A DNA stretch of 64,000 nt, taken from assembly GCA_964252035.1 (NCBI GenBank), contig OZ176200.1. One strand, 5' to 3'. This document shows positions 12,396 to 27,279 of this stretch, one piece after another. The DNA is from Podarcis erhardii (Eukaryota). Under the pieces are notes generated by a model. It did no database searches. It was not told the origin of the DNA and saw only the letters and a program-made list of their open reading frames with translations. The position numbers and the translations under genes are program-made. Each line of letters begins with the position of its first letter. The stretch's first letter is position 1.

Positions 12396-15300
12396 AATAG
12401 TTTGTTGAAATAGTTTGGGCTGAAATAGTTTGGGCTGTGTTTCCTCTGCTGTATAGTTTGGCTTCCTGGGTCATGCAAATCAGGGCATAGGGGATTGTAC
12501 TACAGAAATTAGGAGCAATAGCACACACTGGTGGCTTCTGGAACATGCAGAGTTTTTGCCTTGGGGCAGGACATTACCTATGCTGTCAGCTCCATCAACC
12601 TTGTCTGTAGTTTTTCTGCAATAACCACCATTGGCCTCTCTGCTGTTAAGGAAGTGAACAGTACAAAGGCTATCCCAACACTCGCATTGCTCGGGGAACG
12701 AAGACCACAATAGCACGTTCCTGTTTGCAACCTGCACTTCAGTTTTTTATTGGAGCTTTTCCTATTTTTGACCACACTGTGGCTAAACCATCATCCTTGC
12801 ATTGTGTGGTTAGACTGCAGAATGTAGCTGTAACTTCATAAAAACATCTTGCTATCAGCATGTATATTGCCATTCTTCTCTTAGCCTTTGAAAAGAAAGT
12901 TTGTCTCTTCTTTATTTTGTTTTTAAGGAGTAGCTTGAAGAACAGTGATCCATAAAACATGTTGAGATTATTGTACTGCATTTCTTAGGTAGGAGTATTG
13001 TATCTCATTCCATATTTTCCTTAAAACATTTTTGGTTTAAGATGATTAAAATACTAATTCTGCACCTGGGTGGTTGCCCACAAATTCGTCTTTTTTCTTG
13101 ATTGGGATGCAGCCCTCTTTTCTTTTTTCTTACCTTGTATCAGCAGGTGAAGCAAATGTGTTTTCCTTTTTTCTAAGGGAAAATCCTAGGTTTCAGTTAC
13201 ATGGTCCTGTTTCAGATCTCATATCACACACTCAAATTAATGCTAGTCAGAGGCACAAAACTCTAATTTTAGTCCATTCATCATTCTCCTAATTAAGAGC
13301 CAGCTAATGAGTTGCCAGCTCAAATGCTTTACTTTAATTTCATGGTGCTTTCCTCTCCTTAAAGCTGCATAGGCTGAGACAGGCTTACGCCTGCTTCCTA
13401 TGGAGCAATGATACGTCTCTTACTGTTTTCCAAACCATTCTCTGTATGGAACCTTTATTTGATGATTAGCTTCAGATCGATGGCTTTTCTCCAGTGCAGC
13501 ATAACTGTCTTATTTCTAGCTACTACGTGGCATAATTCCTCTCCACCCACTTGGTTAGAAATCACTGGCTCTGCCATTGAAACAACAGTTTTGCTTGCTC
13601 CACAGGATGGTAAATTGTAGCCAGCGGCTTGCACCGCTGTGAATAAGAGATAAGGTGGATGGAGCACACCATAATTCCTAGCCTTGCGTGTTATGTGTGT
13701 GTGACACTGTCTTTCAGTAGCCATCTCAGAGCTTAGAAGAGTCAACATGATTGTTGAGCAATAGTACAATTGAATTTGATAGGTGATGTCTTTGTGGCTC
13801 AGAAGAAAATGAAATACATCTTGCTGCTTTGTAACTTTTATAGAGATCTCCAGAGCCGATTGCCCCAATAATAGCCATTTTGGATCCCAGGAAATGGCTT
13901 GCGTATTACACTTCTCATTTCTTCTCTGTTACAAACAGAAACCATAGCTAAAATTATGTTGAGCGCAAGGAGGACACTGGCTGAAATCTTTTCCCAAGCC
14001 AATGTAACCAGGGTCCCTACCTGTCAATAGAGCCATTTGATATTGTATCTCATTTTTGTATGTTAACAGATGTCTGAGTCCTACTGTGAAGTCTGTTGAC
14101 TGGTTCAATAAATTGATCGAGCCGTACAACTGAAGCTATCCGTTAAGGGTGTCCTTTTGTTTTCAGGCGGCTTTTAAGTTGTTGCAAGGTTTCACTATTG
14201 ATTTTGTTGGGGCTGTATTTCTGTATTGCTTTTCTCTTTGTTCTTTTATTGTGAGTGGCATTGTTCTTCTTGGAATTTTGAATTTTTGCTTTTTGATTGT
14301 GAGCCATCCTATTGGCACTGAACGTATGCGACATTTTTTAAAAATAGAAATAAATAAATATGTAAAGCCAGCTGCCCTGTGCAAAATGTGGCTCTTAAAG
14401 CAACTTTTATCTGCTTCCCTGCCCTGGCAGAAGCACACCTGATTTCTTTTTTAAAATCAAGGTGGTTGTTTTTTAAGTGAATGGATTGCCCAACATTGCA
14501 CCTGTAAGAAAAAGAAAACTGTTCCCAAATTCACATGTGTGAGAGAAACATTCTCAAATGCATGCCCTCCGTTACTTTGAAACCATGACTGCTAAATGGT
14601 GCTGACTTCATTAGAAAGCCTGGCCATCTGTGAAGAGGGTGGGTTGTCCATCCTAACACAGTGGCCCACGCAGCTGTCTGGAGAACAGCATTGCCCTGAG
14701 GTTTGCCCTCACGGATAAAGAGGGACAACTGGGAATAGGTAAATTCCTTCTCTTGCTATAGCCAGCCAAAATGACTGAGACAACACTTAAAGCCAACCTG
14801 CCTGTCCTCTTCAAAGGACAAGAAGTTTGCCACGATTCTAGCTTCTGCTTTTTTGGAAAACAGCAGCTATTCCCCATCCTTCTGACCCTGACCTTCCCTC
14901 CTACATGTCTGCTTTCTAAGTTTTCCATCCATCCCAGCACCAACTGTCCATTCCATAGCAGAACATGCATAGATCCTGGCATGCATTCATGCGCATGCAC
15001 TCTGTGGTTTGGGGAACTAATCCAACTCTGGCATTAGAAAGGGGAATGGAGTAATATTACTCTAACCCCACACCCCACACACATCCTAAAACCACACAGG
15101 AATTCCCCATACAAACCAAGCAGTTGTTATTCTGTAACAAAGTTGAGGTGATTGGGTAAGTGGGGCAGTAGTCCTTGCCCCCAGTCCAGTGTGAATCAAT
15201 AATATCTGTTGCTAAAGAGCATTCAGCCCAAATGTGACTTGCTTGGTAAGGGGAGAGGTCCCACTGCGTCAGGATCCTATTCCCCCTTCTAGGTGATCCA

Positions 15301-15947
15301 CGCAGTCCAAGAGGGCTTGCCCTATACTCCGAGAACAACTGCTGTAGAATACAATGGATAGCACGCAAGAGTTGGAGAGAGGACCTACCTGTTTCCTAGC
15401 TTTGATAAAGAGACAAGCTTGCAAACCTCTGGCCTGGAAGGGAGTTTTTGAACCCTTGAAAGCAAAACACCATGGAGTGTCAAGATTTGTCATTTCTACA
15501 GAAGCAGTATGGTGGCAAAAGCTACACTTGTTAGCCTTCATCCTGCCATTCAGCCATTTAAAATATTGGTGGTTTTCTTGCAATCTTCTTGTTGTTGGCA
15601 TCCGTCTGTCTCAGGAGACAATGAAGGAAGTGTGCCTTTGAGGGTGAAGTCAAACTGCTGGAGGGTTACAGCGTCTGCTGTGGCTTGGAAATCATAGCCT
15701 TGTTCAGGAAAAATGAGTGCGCTCTCTGTTTTTGATCAGAGGCCTATTGGAAAACAGTAAATGAAGGAACCCTATTGGGAGGGTATCCTTGCATCCAGAT
15801 CTGTAGAGTACATTCAGGCTGCATGGCCCAAATTGCCTTGAATTTTTTTCTTGCCAGCACTCATTCTCACTCATGGCCTTTTTATCTCCAGGACGTTTCT
15901 GCCCTGCAGAACTTCGATATAATTATTCCCTGACACTCACCAAGTAA

Positions 15948-16202
<255 letters not shown>

Positions 16203-18219
16203 TAGTGAGTCTGCTAAAGTACAGGGGCTAATAGTTCAAGCTTGCACAAAGGTAAGGAAGAAAAAGCAAGTGTGGCCATCTTGTGTACTAGCATCATGGA
16301 CTTCGGATGTGGTTTGAAATTTCAGCTGGAAGGAGGAAAATAACCTCAAAGATACAAAAGATGGGGATCTAGTGGCATGCAGTGCCTTTAAGTAGCACAG
16401 TAACTTTCATTTCCCAACATTGTACCACCGTAGAAGTTCCCGTAAGGAAGCCGTTCTCAAACTTCGTTATATAGTCCTATAGGGCTTCCCAGGTGTGTTT
16501 GTTCCTGTCCTTGTTTATATCCTTGGGGAAATGCCGAATGTTCCTCCTTCCCATGCCTGATACAAATGGGTCAGGGTTCGAAAGGCTGCAGAATGCTGAA
16601 GCGAGGTATTGAGAAGGGAATCCATGAGCCGTGGCTTCTTTTGATGCTTGCCAGAAACCAGCTGAGTCGGGTCCCTCGCATTATTTATTTTTGTCTTGTT
16701 TATCTTGTTAGTGAAATGCTCACTCATGCATAGGGAAGGTGGTGAAAGCTGAGAGGAAGCAGTGCAGAGAGCATGATAGGAGGGACACAAATGACTGAAG
16801 GGAGAATGTCTGAGTGCTTTTCTGTTCAGAAACGGCATGTGCCTGCCCAGCACACATCTCTTGTCTCCTGACATTCATTTCTCTTTCTGTGCTTTTTTAT
16901 CTTTTAAACATGCAATCTTTTTGAACCCAGCCAACATACTTTAGGAAAGTCCCTTGCTGCATGCCTGGCACTGTGGCATATTCAGTCTTGTAGTTGGGAC
17001 CAGGGCATTCTTGATCTCTTCAAGGCCACAATGACTCCTCTTTTCCTGAAGGAAAAAAACCCAGCTTGGAAACCCCTTTTTTCCATTTAGCAAAAGAGGA
17101 TCACACATAGACCCTTGTCAAGTGTCGGTGATCCCCTTTGAAAGTGTAGGACAAGCGCCCACTTTGTTGTGGCATCGTGTGGTAAAAAATGCCATGGCCA
17201 CAGAAGAAGTCAATAGGGTCTTGTCAGAAGAAAATGGGGCTGTTGTTCTGTCTCTCTCAGCTTCAGTTTTCATTGCTCTTGGCTGCAGTTCAAAGTAAAC
17301 ACTAAGTATAAAGGCTGGGCACGCAGTAATTTAAAACGAAAGGGTAAGTAACAGCAGGAAAACAAGGATGGTGGTGCCCTGAATCCTTTGCAATGCAGGT
17401 GGGTTCATACCCTTCTACGAGATTTTTTACTGACGGCCATTTATCCTGGGACATATTTAAAAGTGGTCTTGGTGAAAATATGCGCATACACTTAATACAA
17501 AAAATCATGTGGAGCCAAGCCTCCATATACGAGTGTTAATCTTGCATTTAGTTAGAAGTGTGCTCTGTATGAAAGCAACTGAGTGCAATATTTAAAGCAC
17601 TTTGTTTTCATTTGGCTGGGTTCCTATAACTGTCCAACATGAGAGAATTGCTCTTTAATTTTACTGGAAAATAAAACATTTTCATTTTTGAGGCATATTT
17701 AAGATTATTAGAGCTGTGGTAGCTAACCTGTGGTCTTCCAGATGTTGGCATAGCCAATGAAGGGATTCACAGTCCAGCAAAATACAGAGGGTAACAGATT
17801 AGCCACCTTGCATTGGGGGAAAACATGTGATACTGTCTTCCTGGAACTATACCACTTGAGGGTACATGTGTGCTGACTGCATATTTAAATCTTTCTTTGC
17901 TGAAAAGCTCCCTTCTACTATGAATGAAGATTTTAGCTTAGTGTTCTCTCAGTTTCTTATGAGCTGGGTGTTCATGTGGAGAAGCGTTCAGACATGTGAT
18001 TACTTTGATTGCTTTCTGAAATGATATGGTCTTTGCGAGTGCATAACATCTCAACTGTGAACACAGCTCTGTAGATTGCAGTTGTGGTATTGCAATAAAA
18101 GACAAACGGAAAGTTTCCCGAGGTAGACTGCGATATTTCGGTTGTATATCAGTTGTTTACTGAAGTGGAATGAAGGAAGTTCGTTGAAAAAGTGGAACAT
18201 AACTCTTTTCTCTTTCTGA

Positions 18220-18435
<216 letters not shown>

Positions 18436-21348
18436 TGACGGTTGTACTACTGTGGTGGTGATTGTTATGGAATCCCCTAAGTTCAACATATGTGTTTAGC
18501 AAGCAAAGACTCTTGAGTCCTGTGTGGGACTGCAGATAACCATATTACACGTTGAGCACAATTGCAAGTCTGGTTTCTGCCAGGCTCCCCAACACGTAAT
18601 GTCTACCAAAGTCCAGAAAGTGTGTGGAATAAAACTGCACTGGATATTTGATGCAGTGCACTACAGGTAGATCATCTATTTTGAATCCCTTTGTGATTTA
18701 TGTTGGCTAGAAACTTGCAGAGCACAGGGTGAGATTACCTCGAAATTATCCCTGTAAAGCTTCAGCAAGAGTTGTGTTCTCCATGCTCCTTCTGACATTT
18801 TCATACACTTCCTGGATAATTATTCTGCCTGATTGTACTTGAGGTTATGGGATAGGATGCCAGATAAGGGGATGTGCTTCTGTCCAATTCTAAAGAGAAT
18901 TTTTTCACATTATGCCATAATCCACTAATTCACAATCATGGTGAATGACATCTACATTTTGCATCTGGACGTTGGCTTACAGATCATGCAGCTTTTCAAA
19001 ACTAATACTCCAGTGAAAGCATTAATGATATATGTTATTACAAACTCATTTGCTTATGTAGCCTGAAGTGGCATGGCTCTCATCTCTATGGAATGGTCTA
19101 GGGTCTAGGAATGGGGGAATATAATAAGGGTGTGTGTAAGGTTAAGGGGTACTTTAAGGTTAAAATATGTTACCATCCGTCTGTCTCTGGAGACAATGGA
19201 GCAGTCCACCTTTGGGGGTGAGGTCAAGCTGTTGGATGGTTGCAGTAGCTGCTGTGACTGTAGAGACCGATGCAGGAGAGACATGTTTTGTTGCAGTTGG
19301 GGCAGATAAAGGCATCTGGTTGTGCTGCTCTGGATGCACCATGATGTTTCTTCTCTCTGAGTATGAGGAGTTCATATGTTAGTCCTTAACTTCAGCATGA
19401 GGTATTGCAAGTGTGCGGGCTCTATCCTGGTCAATGTGTTTCATGAATCTGCTTTGTTTCATCTGACTTCTGCCTATAGATATGAATAACAGAATCAATC
19501 CACATGTCAGAACAAATGCATGCCTGGGGTGTGGATTGCACCCTACTGTAGGCATTTTGTTTTGCATGAAGATGTTATCATAGCAGTTCAGTGGGCATCT
19601 GGGGTTGACTGACAGCTTTCTGGTGCGAGGGCTGCCCAATGAAAAGGCTTATAAAGTTTCCCAGACTATGAATTTTAAAAGGACTCAAATTAAGGCTTTA
19701 AATAGCTGTCACTGTTGTAAACTAGAAAGTAAAAATTAATGAGGCAGGCAGAATGTATTTAATGTGGCTCAGGCAGGAAATGCCACATCAGGCAGGTAGT
19801 ACTTAATGAGAAAATCATCTTGAGTTAGTACCAAGTTTGGGGTTGTTGTTGTTTTAAATCACCCTTAGCTATAATTTTTTTTGGTCCAAAGCTCTCCAGT
19901 GTCATTCAGCCTACTGAAAGGTTTCAGCACCAGGCTGCTGTATATCATATAACACCAAAACAGCAGCATCACAAGTTTGAGAAAGCAGGAATGCAGAATT
20001 GATCCAGTAATGGCAACATCAAAATGGCTTTCTGTGTGGTGAACAAGGAAATGGCTATTGAGAATTAGAAATGACTATGAAACTAATTATTTACACAGCC
20101 AAGGCCCCTGTGCAAATTGGCTTAAAAGAAGCTCTTTACTGGTGTAGTTCACAAACTATTTTCTACCAGCCAATGAGCTTTTCTTCCTTCCTGAATCCTG
20201 ATTAGCTGCACACCAAAAGCTCTCATTTGATTGCAACATACAGTTAGAGTTAGATACTACTGGGATAATTATTGAGATAAGCATTTTTATTCTCCCATTC
20301 ATGCATTTCCAACATATCAAATAGCTATCAGCTTTTCAGACTCCTGAGCCCTTCTTCCATGGTATAACACTGATCTGAAATCCAACTATGTCAGCAAGGA
20401 GAAAACTTAAGCTTTTAGCTTGTAATAATGAAACAGTGTTGGTTGATCACAACTTCTTACCAGCATAGAGAGCTATGCAAATATGCAGGGCTGGCTGTTA
20501 TTGGGCAGAAGACACGTATTGCTTGCAGCATTAAAAACAGGCAGCTGTTTGTTTCTGTCTTCTTCCCACTCATAACTGGTGAAGTGCGGTGGTGACTGAC
20601 AGGGTTATGGTCTGTTTTACCTCAATTCTATACATCAGCCAAACCTATTAAAATTGAAGCCATAACAAACACATGTTCCAGCTTACATAAGCTTATATAT
20701 AATGTTTTTAAGCTCTATCTCTCATGTTTCATTTAGTTCTCAGTCTTAGAAGGATGCTCTTTATTTCAGCTGCAGTCCATGAACCGTTTAAAGCAGCCAC
20801 TGGATAGTTAACATCCCAATGCAGTGGGATGTTGCAAGGTGCAAGTGGGATAAGACTAGGTACAAAGCCCTTATGCTTATGGACCCTTTGGTATCCTGTT
20901 GGTCCTCCAAATGCTTTTGGACTGCAATAACTCCTATTATAGCCCCACATCAGGGCTGTTGGGAGTTGTGGTTCAAAACATCTGGAAGGCATCAGGTTAG
21001 TGAAGGCTGTGCTCGTGCAGTATTGAGAGTCATCATGTTGCATTGCGGCAACAGCAAACAGGGATGGCACAACAGTGCTGAGATGAGAAAGTCCTTGCAC
21101 AGGTTTTGAGACGAATGAAGGGGGACATGGCAGAGACTGGACAAGAGAATGGTGGTGCTACCCATAAGAATGCGAAGAAGGAACTTGTACTAGTTTGCAT
21201 GCTAGTGCAGCAGCCCTATAGGCTGGGTTCCTGGAAGTCCTTGTCCCATTGACACCAGTGGAATGAAGCTACCAGTTATTTTGCTTTAATGATCTTGTGG
21301 TTTTCGCTGCCCTTAGTTTTTGGAAACCCAGCCAGATGGGCAGGGTAT

Positions 21349-21349
21349 A

Positions 21350-21431
<82 letters not shown>

Positions 21432-21432
21432 T
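21349..21432. repeat. (AAT)n(ATT)n microsatellite forming a perfect 84-bp palindrome
   Basis: 21351-21390 is the exact reverse complement of 21391-21430; pairing extends 2 bp further on each side. Confidence 0.95.
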
Positions 21433-21976
21433 TATTTATTTCTGGGTGGGAGGTATATGCATTAATGTTTGCCTTCCTTTGGAATTGAAAGTGTGGTTAA
21501 TACACAGCAGTTTAAATGTGCTAAGGATGTTGAATGAATAATGAACACATATTCAGTTGTGAGCAAAACTCTGCTTTCTTGCCCACCATTTAGTCCTCCT
21601 GACACCTGTTTTCGTAGAATCAAGCTCCTTTCTCCACTTCTGCATGGCTAGTGGTTGGGCTGCCTCTCAAAGTACATTCAAACAGCCAAGAAATCATATA
21701 GATCCTAACAGTGAATTTTCAGCTAGTCATTTAAGACTAGAATAGAGGAAGGAGACTATTTTACACTCTAGAGGGTTAGGATTACTAGATTGTGAATGTG
21801 ATGGCATTTCAGAACCCTGTTCTTTCCAGCCACCAGGTTTAATTCTGAAATATTCAATATTTATTGCTCCTCCAGCTGCTCGCCAAAGACATGAAAATAC
21901 TGTCTTTATTTGCATAGCCTATTGGCAGAGAATAGTTGTAATAAAAGCAATGGGATGGAAACAAATTCACTTGAGC

Positions 21977-22373
21977 AGCTTTCGATAATATTTCTTGGAG
22001 TTTTATGAAGAAGAATTTACAGGGGATGGGGGTAGGTCAAGGGTTTGAAAATGGTATAGGTGCAATTTATTCAGAACAAAAGGCAAAATTAATTGTGAAC
22101 AATGTAGTGACAGAAGAGTTTAAGATTGAGAAAGGAACACGACAAGGTTGCCCAATCTCTCCATTGCTTTTCATATCGGTCCTGGAGGTTTTGTTAAATA
22201 TGATTAGAAAGGACCAATTGGTTAAAGGTATACAAGTGGGAGCTAAACAGTACAAACTGAAAGCATTTGCTGATGACTTAGTTTTGACTTTACAGGAACC
22301 AGAATCTAGTACCAAAAGGGTACTGGAACTGATTCAAGAATTTGGACATGTAGCAGGCTTTAAGTTGAACAAG
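21977..22373 (+). mobile_element. L1-clade LINE ORF2 fragment (RT core), sense copy
   Basis: AFDNISW...GTRQGCPISPLLF...AFADDL...FGHVAGFKLNK; no 3' tail. Confidence 0.93.
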
Positions 22374-23340
22374 ATTCTGGCTCCTGTAAAGTCAAAACTA
22401 AGTCATCAGCAAATGCTTTCAGTTTGTACTGTTTAGCTCCCACTTGTATACCTTTAACCAATTGGTCCTTTCTAATCATATTTAACAATACCTCCAGGAC
22501 CGATATAAAAAGCAGTGGAGAGATTGGGCAACCTTGTCGTGTTCCTTTCTCAATCTCAAACTCTTCTGTCACTACATTGTTCACAATTAGTTTTGCCTTT
22601 TGTTCTGAATAAATTGCACCTATACCATTTTCAAACCCTTGACCTACCCCCATCCCCTGTAAATTCTTCTTCATAAAATTCCAAGAAATATTATCAAAAG
22701 CTTTCTCCGCGTCCACAAATATCAAAACTGCCTTAGTATTAATATTCACTTGTAGTTTTTCTAAAATATTAATTATGTTCCTCATATTGTCAGACAAATG
22801 TCTGCCCGGGAGAAAGCCCGCTTGATCTTTATGGATTTCTTCTACTAGCACCTTTTTAAATCTTTTAGCCAAAATGTCTGCAAAAATTTTATAATCCACA
22901 TTAAGCAGCGATATGGGGCAGTAATTCTTAAGCTGTGTCTTTTCAGTCTCTGTTTTCGGTATAAGTGTAATATAGGCTTCCTTCCACGACTCTGGTGCCC
23001 TTTTCCCTTCCAATATTTCATTACAAACTTCCTTCAATGGTTGTATTAACCATTCTTTCAAAGATCTGTAATATCTTGAAGTCAAACCATCCGGTCCTGG
23101 AGATTTACCCAATTGCATGTTCTGGATGGCCCCTTCCACTTCCTGATCCGTTATTTTATAATTCAACATTAACTTATTTTCCTGAGAGATTTTCTGTAGT
23201 CCATTTATTTTCAAAAATCGATCATTGTCCGTTTATTTCTGCTTCTCCTGTGTATAAAGTTGTTTAAAATACCTCTGGAAGCACTTCCTGATCTCCACTG
23301 GGTTCTGTATATTCTTTCCTTCCACTTCCAAATTCGTAAT
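22372..23340 (-). mobile_element. L1-clade LINE ORF2 fragment, antisense copy
   Basis: ORF 22360..23214: KSPGPDG, YCPISLLNVDYKI, QAGFLPGR, DAEKAFD, RQGCP, FADD. Upstream YFKQLY-like motif to about 23340; no poly(A). Confidence 0.95.
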
Positions 23341-23736
23341 GCATGGTGGTGTGATTCTGATTGGCTGGCTTTGGCAACAGGTACACCAGAAGCATTTAGG
23401 GATCATCATCATGAAAAAAAAAACCCCGCTGCATTGGCACAGAATTGCTTGCTAAGTTTTATGCTGCTAATGTGGTTTATATCTGCTGCCACTGGTAATT
23501 TGAAGACCACAGGTGGTGTCTTGAGCTTATTCAAGGGGGCAGGAACTAGTGGGAATCCCTGAGTAACAGATTGGGAAAGACAGTGCACACAACCTTCTCT
23601 GGCCTCCACTTCTCCCAATATCCTCAGAATGCTTTCCACAAGCAATAATGAGCTCATTAATAGTATCTGCTGAACTGCTTATTAAGTGCAGTTTTGTAGA
23701 GAGGCTTGGGATGGCATCAATTAGCAAGCAGAAAGT

Positions 23737-23740
<4 letters not shown>

Positions 23741-23800
<60 letters not shown>
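23741..23800. repeat. (AT)30 microsatellite
   Basis: Counted directly. Confidence 0.98.
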
Positions 23801-23803
<3 letters not shown>

Positions 23804-24764
23804 GATGCTAATCCACATTTCAAGAATAATGACCATAGAAGGTCTATCTAGCAGTTCATGCTCTGAGAATAGGAAACAGTCATTAAGGCTGTCCCAAAGA
23901 GGGAGAAAATTCAAATGGACAAAGGAACCACATTGCAACAGAACTAGTAATATACAGCTGAGCCTTTTGATGTTTTCCTTCCCAACTTAATGATTGCAGA
24001 TCTTGATTTCAATGAGGATATTTGCTATTGTTTGTAACTCAGTGCAACAGCATTATCTATTTGCGGTTTAATTTGCATCATGTACCTGGCACTTGTTCTC
24101 TTGTGAATGTGAAGGCAATTTTTGAATGGCTGTTGCCCAGCTACGCTTACCCAAAATAATCATTGTGTTTGATTGTTATCCTCAACCAATAGTAATCTCA
24201 ATTCTCCCAGTGCCAATCCAAATAGCAACCAAAATAATCTTGCCTAAAAGCACAAGGAAGTTATAAGCAGACCCTGGGGAACCCTGAGGTTTTCAGAAGT
24301 TTATATGGAGTGGATCGGCTGGATCTCTATAAATAGAAGAACTCCACCTGCAGCATTTTGTTGCAGGTTCCACCTGGATATACTGATAGCCATCTCAATG
24401 TGCCTAGCGCTGGTCCTCATGTAACTAAAACAGCACCAACCACACATAAGAGAGAGTTATCAGCAGACTTGGGGAAATCCCAAGAACTGGAGAAGTACCC
24501 CCCCCCACACAAAATCTGTTAGGGAAAAAACCTTTCAAGAGGTTGGGGCAAGCTCCCAAAACAATCTAATGAGAAGTGGGCATGGATTTTCTTATTTTGG
24601 TGTGTAAGGGGATAGAGACTTATTGGGAAGTGGGATTATAATGGAATCCCAGAGAAGGAGCAGTCCACTCTGCAACATTTTGTTTGCAAGCCCCACTTGT
24701 TTTCCTAATTGTGAAACATGCTCACTAATGACTCTTGTCTACCAAAGTTCCAAAGATGTTTTGA

Positions 24765-25223
<459 letters not shown>

Positions 25224-25560
25224 TGAGGTCATGAATTGAGCTCAAGGGGTTCCTGAGAACAACTGAGATAATTATGTTCCTGCTAGCCTACAATGCAAAA
25301 CCTCTCCTTTTCTTTTGCATTGATACATCCCTCCCTCACACATAACACAGAATTAGATGGGCAAAATTACTTACTTTGTGGAAGGAGCTATTTTGACTGA
25401 TTAAACTACTAGGAAAAAACACCTTCTGGGCTAGATTTGAAAAGCAATAGTTCTAGCATAGGGATTTTAGGGAACTGTTTACCCTTTCCAAGTGTAATGT
25501 TTGTGCTAAATAACATGTTTTGCCAGCACATCACTTAAGTCCTTTGTGGACTTTCTTTGC

Positions 25561-25712
25561 AGCCTGCTTAGCTCACTTGGTTAGAGCACAGTGCTGAAGA
25601 CGCCAAGGTTGCAGGTTCGATCCCTGTATGGGGCAGCTGCGTATTCCTGCATTGCAGGGGATTGGACTAGAATGGTCCTCAGGGTCCCTTCCAACTCTAC
25701 AGTTCTATGATT
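25561..25712 (+). mobile_element. tRNA(Ile)-derived SINE with CR1-type 3' tail
   Basis: A box TAGCTCACTTGG, B box GGTTCGATCC, then ggggattggactag...cccttccaactctac...ttctatgatt matching the CR1 3' end seen in this window. Confidence 0.88.
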
Positions 25713-25841
25713 TGGAGCCTATGTAATCCTAAATATTGTTGGTTTTTTTTTAACTCTGTACAGCACTTGATCATTAACAACTGGAAGAAAAGGTCCCCCC
25801 CCAGACCTTTTGAGTTGCACAGCCTGCACTACAGTGTAAAT

Positions 25842-25971
25842 CAGGCATAGGCAAGCTCTGGCCCTCCAGATGTTTGGGACTACAATTCCCACCATCCCTA
25901 GCTAACAGCGGTCAGGGATGATGGGAATTGTAGTCCCAAACATTTGGAGGGCCAGAGTTTGCCTATGCCTG
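25842..25971. mobile_element. hAT MITE, 130 bp, near-palindromic
   Basis: TIR CAGGCATAGGCAA; 8-bp TSD GTGTAAAT (25834-41, 25972-79). Confidence 0.93.
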
Positions 25972-26050
25972 GTGTAAATGGAAAGAGTTGCTCAAATCCT
26001 CCTCAGTGGCTTCTGACGTATTAATGGTCAGGATGAAGAGGCAGCTTTAA

Positions 26051-26197
<147 letters not shown>

Positions 26198-27096
26198 TAA
26201 TGTAAAGGTGCTGGGGAGCAGCCTGTGACTTGTAGTCTTTGCATGGCCTAGAGAATTTGGATGCTGTCTGGTCCTTACCTCAACTGTTTTAGCAGCAATG
26301 TTAAGACCATTTGCAGTGGACTTGCCATCACAGTCCATTAAAGGCTGTGTGTGTGTAGCAGTTGTACTCTGAAAGCTGCCCTATCAGCTCAGGGGAAAGG
26401 GCTGAGGCCACGAAAGGCTTCTTCCCACACTATACTCGGCACATAATAATGCCTTTATTATCCTCATATCTTATGTAAATTAAAGTGCTTGTGCTGTTTT
26501 CTTTTGTACTTCCAAGTTTGTGGATACATAGCCCAGTTCAAACATTACTGCATTCCTGGCTTCTTAAACCATAGTTTAACAAGCCAGGAATGAGTGTTGC
26601 CCCCCCCCCACCATGAACCTCTCCTGCATATCACCTCATTCCTATAATTGATGCACCAAACATCGATGTCTGTAACAAGGAATGGTGGCTTAATGCTGAT
26701 TTACTAACCAGGATTTTAGACTATGTTCAGATGAGGAACCACCATTTAAGCTAACTGTAGTTTCAGCTAAACGATGATTTTAGCAAGCTGGGGATGCATT
26801 GTGGCTGTATAAATATGTAATGGCATGTAATCCTGTTCTTGTACACATAATCTCCTTTGGCCTGTCATTCGCCAATTTATTGAGCCAATCCAATAGCAAT
26901 CAGTAAAAGAATATATATTATTTATTTTTATTATTCACTTGGCACTAGAAACCTCAGAACTTTTTTTTACATACTGAAAAGTTTTGTAGTTGGCATTGTG
27001 GAAAGGCTTCAACTGAAGCAGAGGTGAAACTTACTCATGCACTGCTTCTTACTGAGTATAGGACAAAAAACGAACCCCATTCCTGAATGAGTATAG

Positions 27097-27279
<183 letters not shown>

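Noticed and set aside
21977-23340. Classical L1 twin-priming inversion
   Set aside because: The junction is tail-to-tail, there is no poly(A), the 331-bp overlap is too long, and the arm differences are mostly synonymous.
24339-24699. Diverged direct repeat (ccac..tgca.cattttg.ttgca) at about 24339 and 24662
   Set aside because: Short and diverged; most likely two fragments of an old interspersed repeat.
25561-25635. Functional tRNA-Ile gene
   Set aside because: The anticodon loop is degenerate (gctgaagac), the acceptor stem is mismatched, and it is fused to a CR1-type tail, so it is a SINE.
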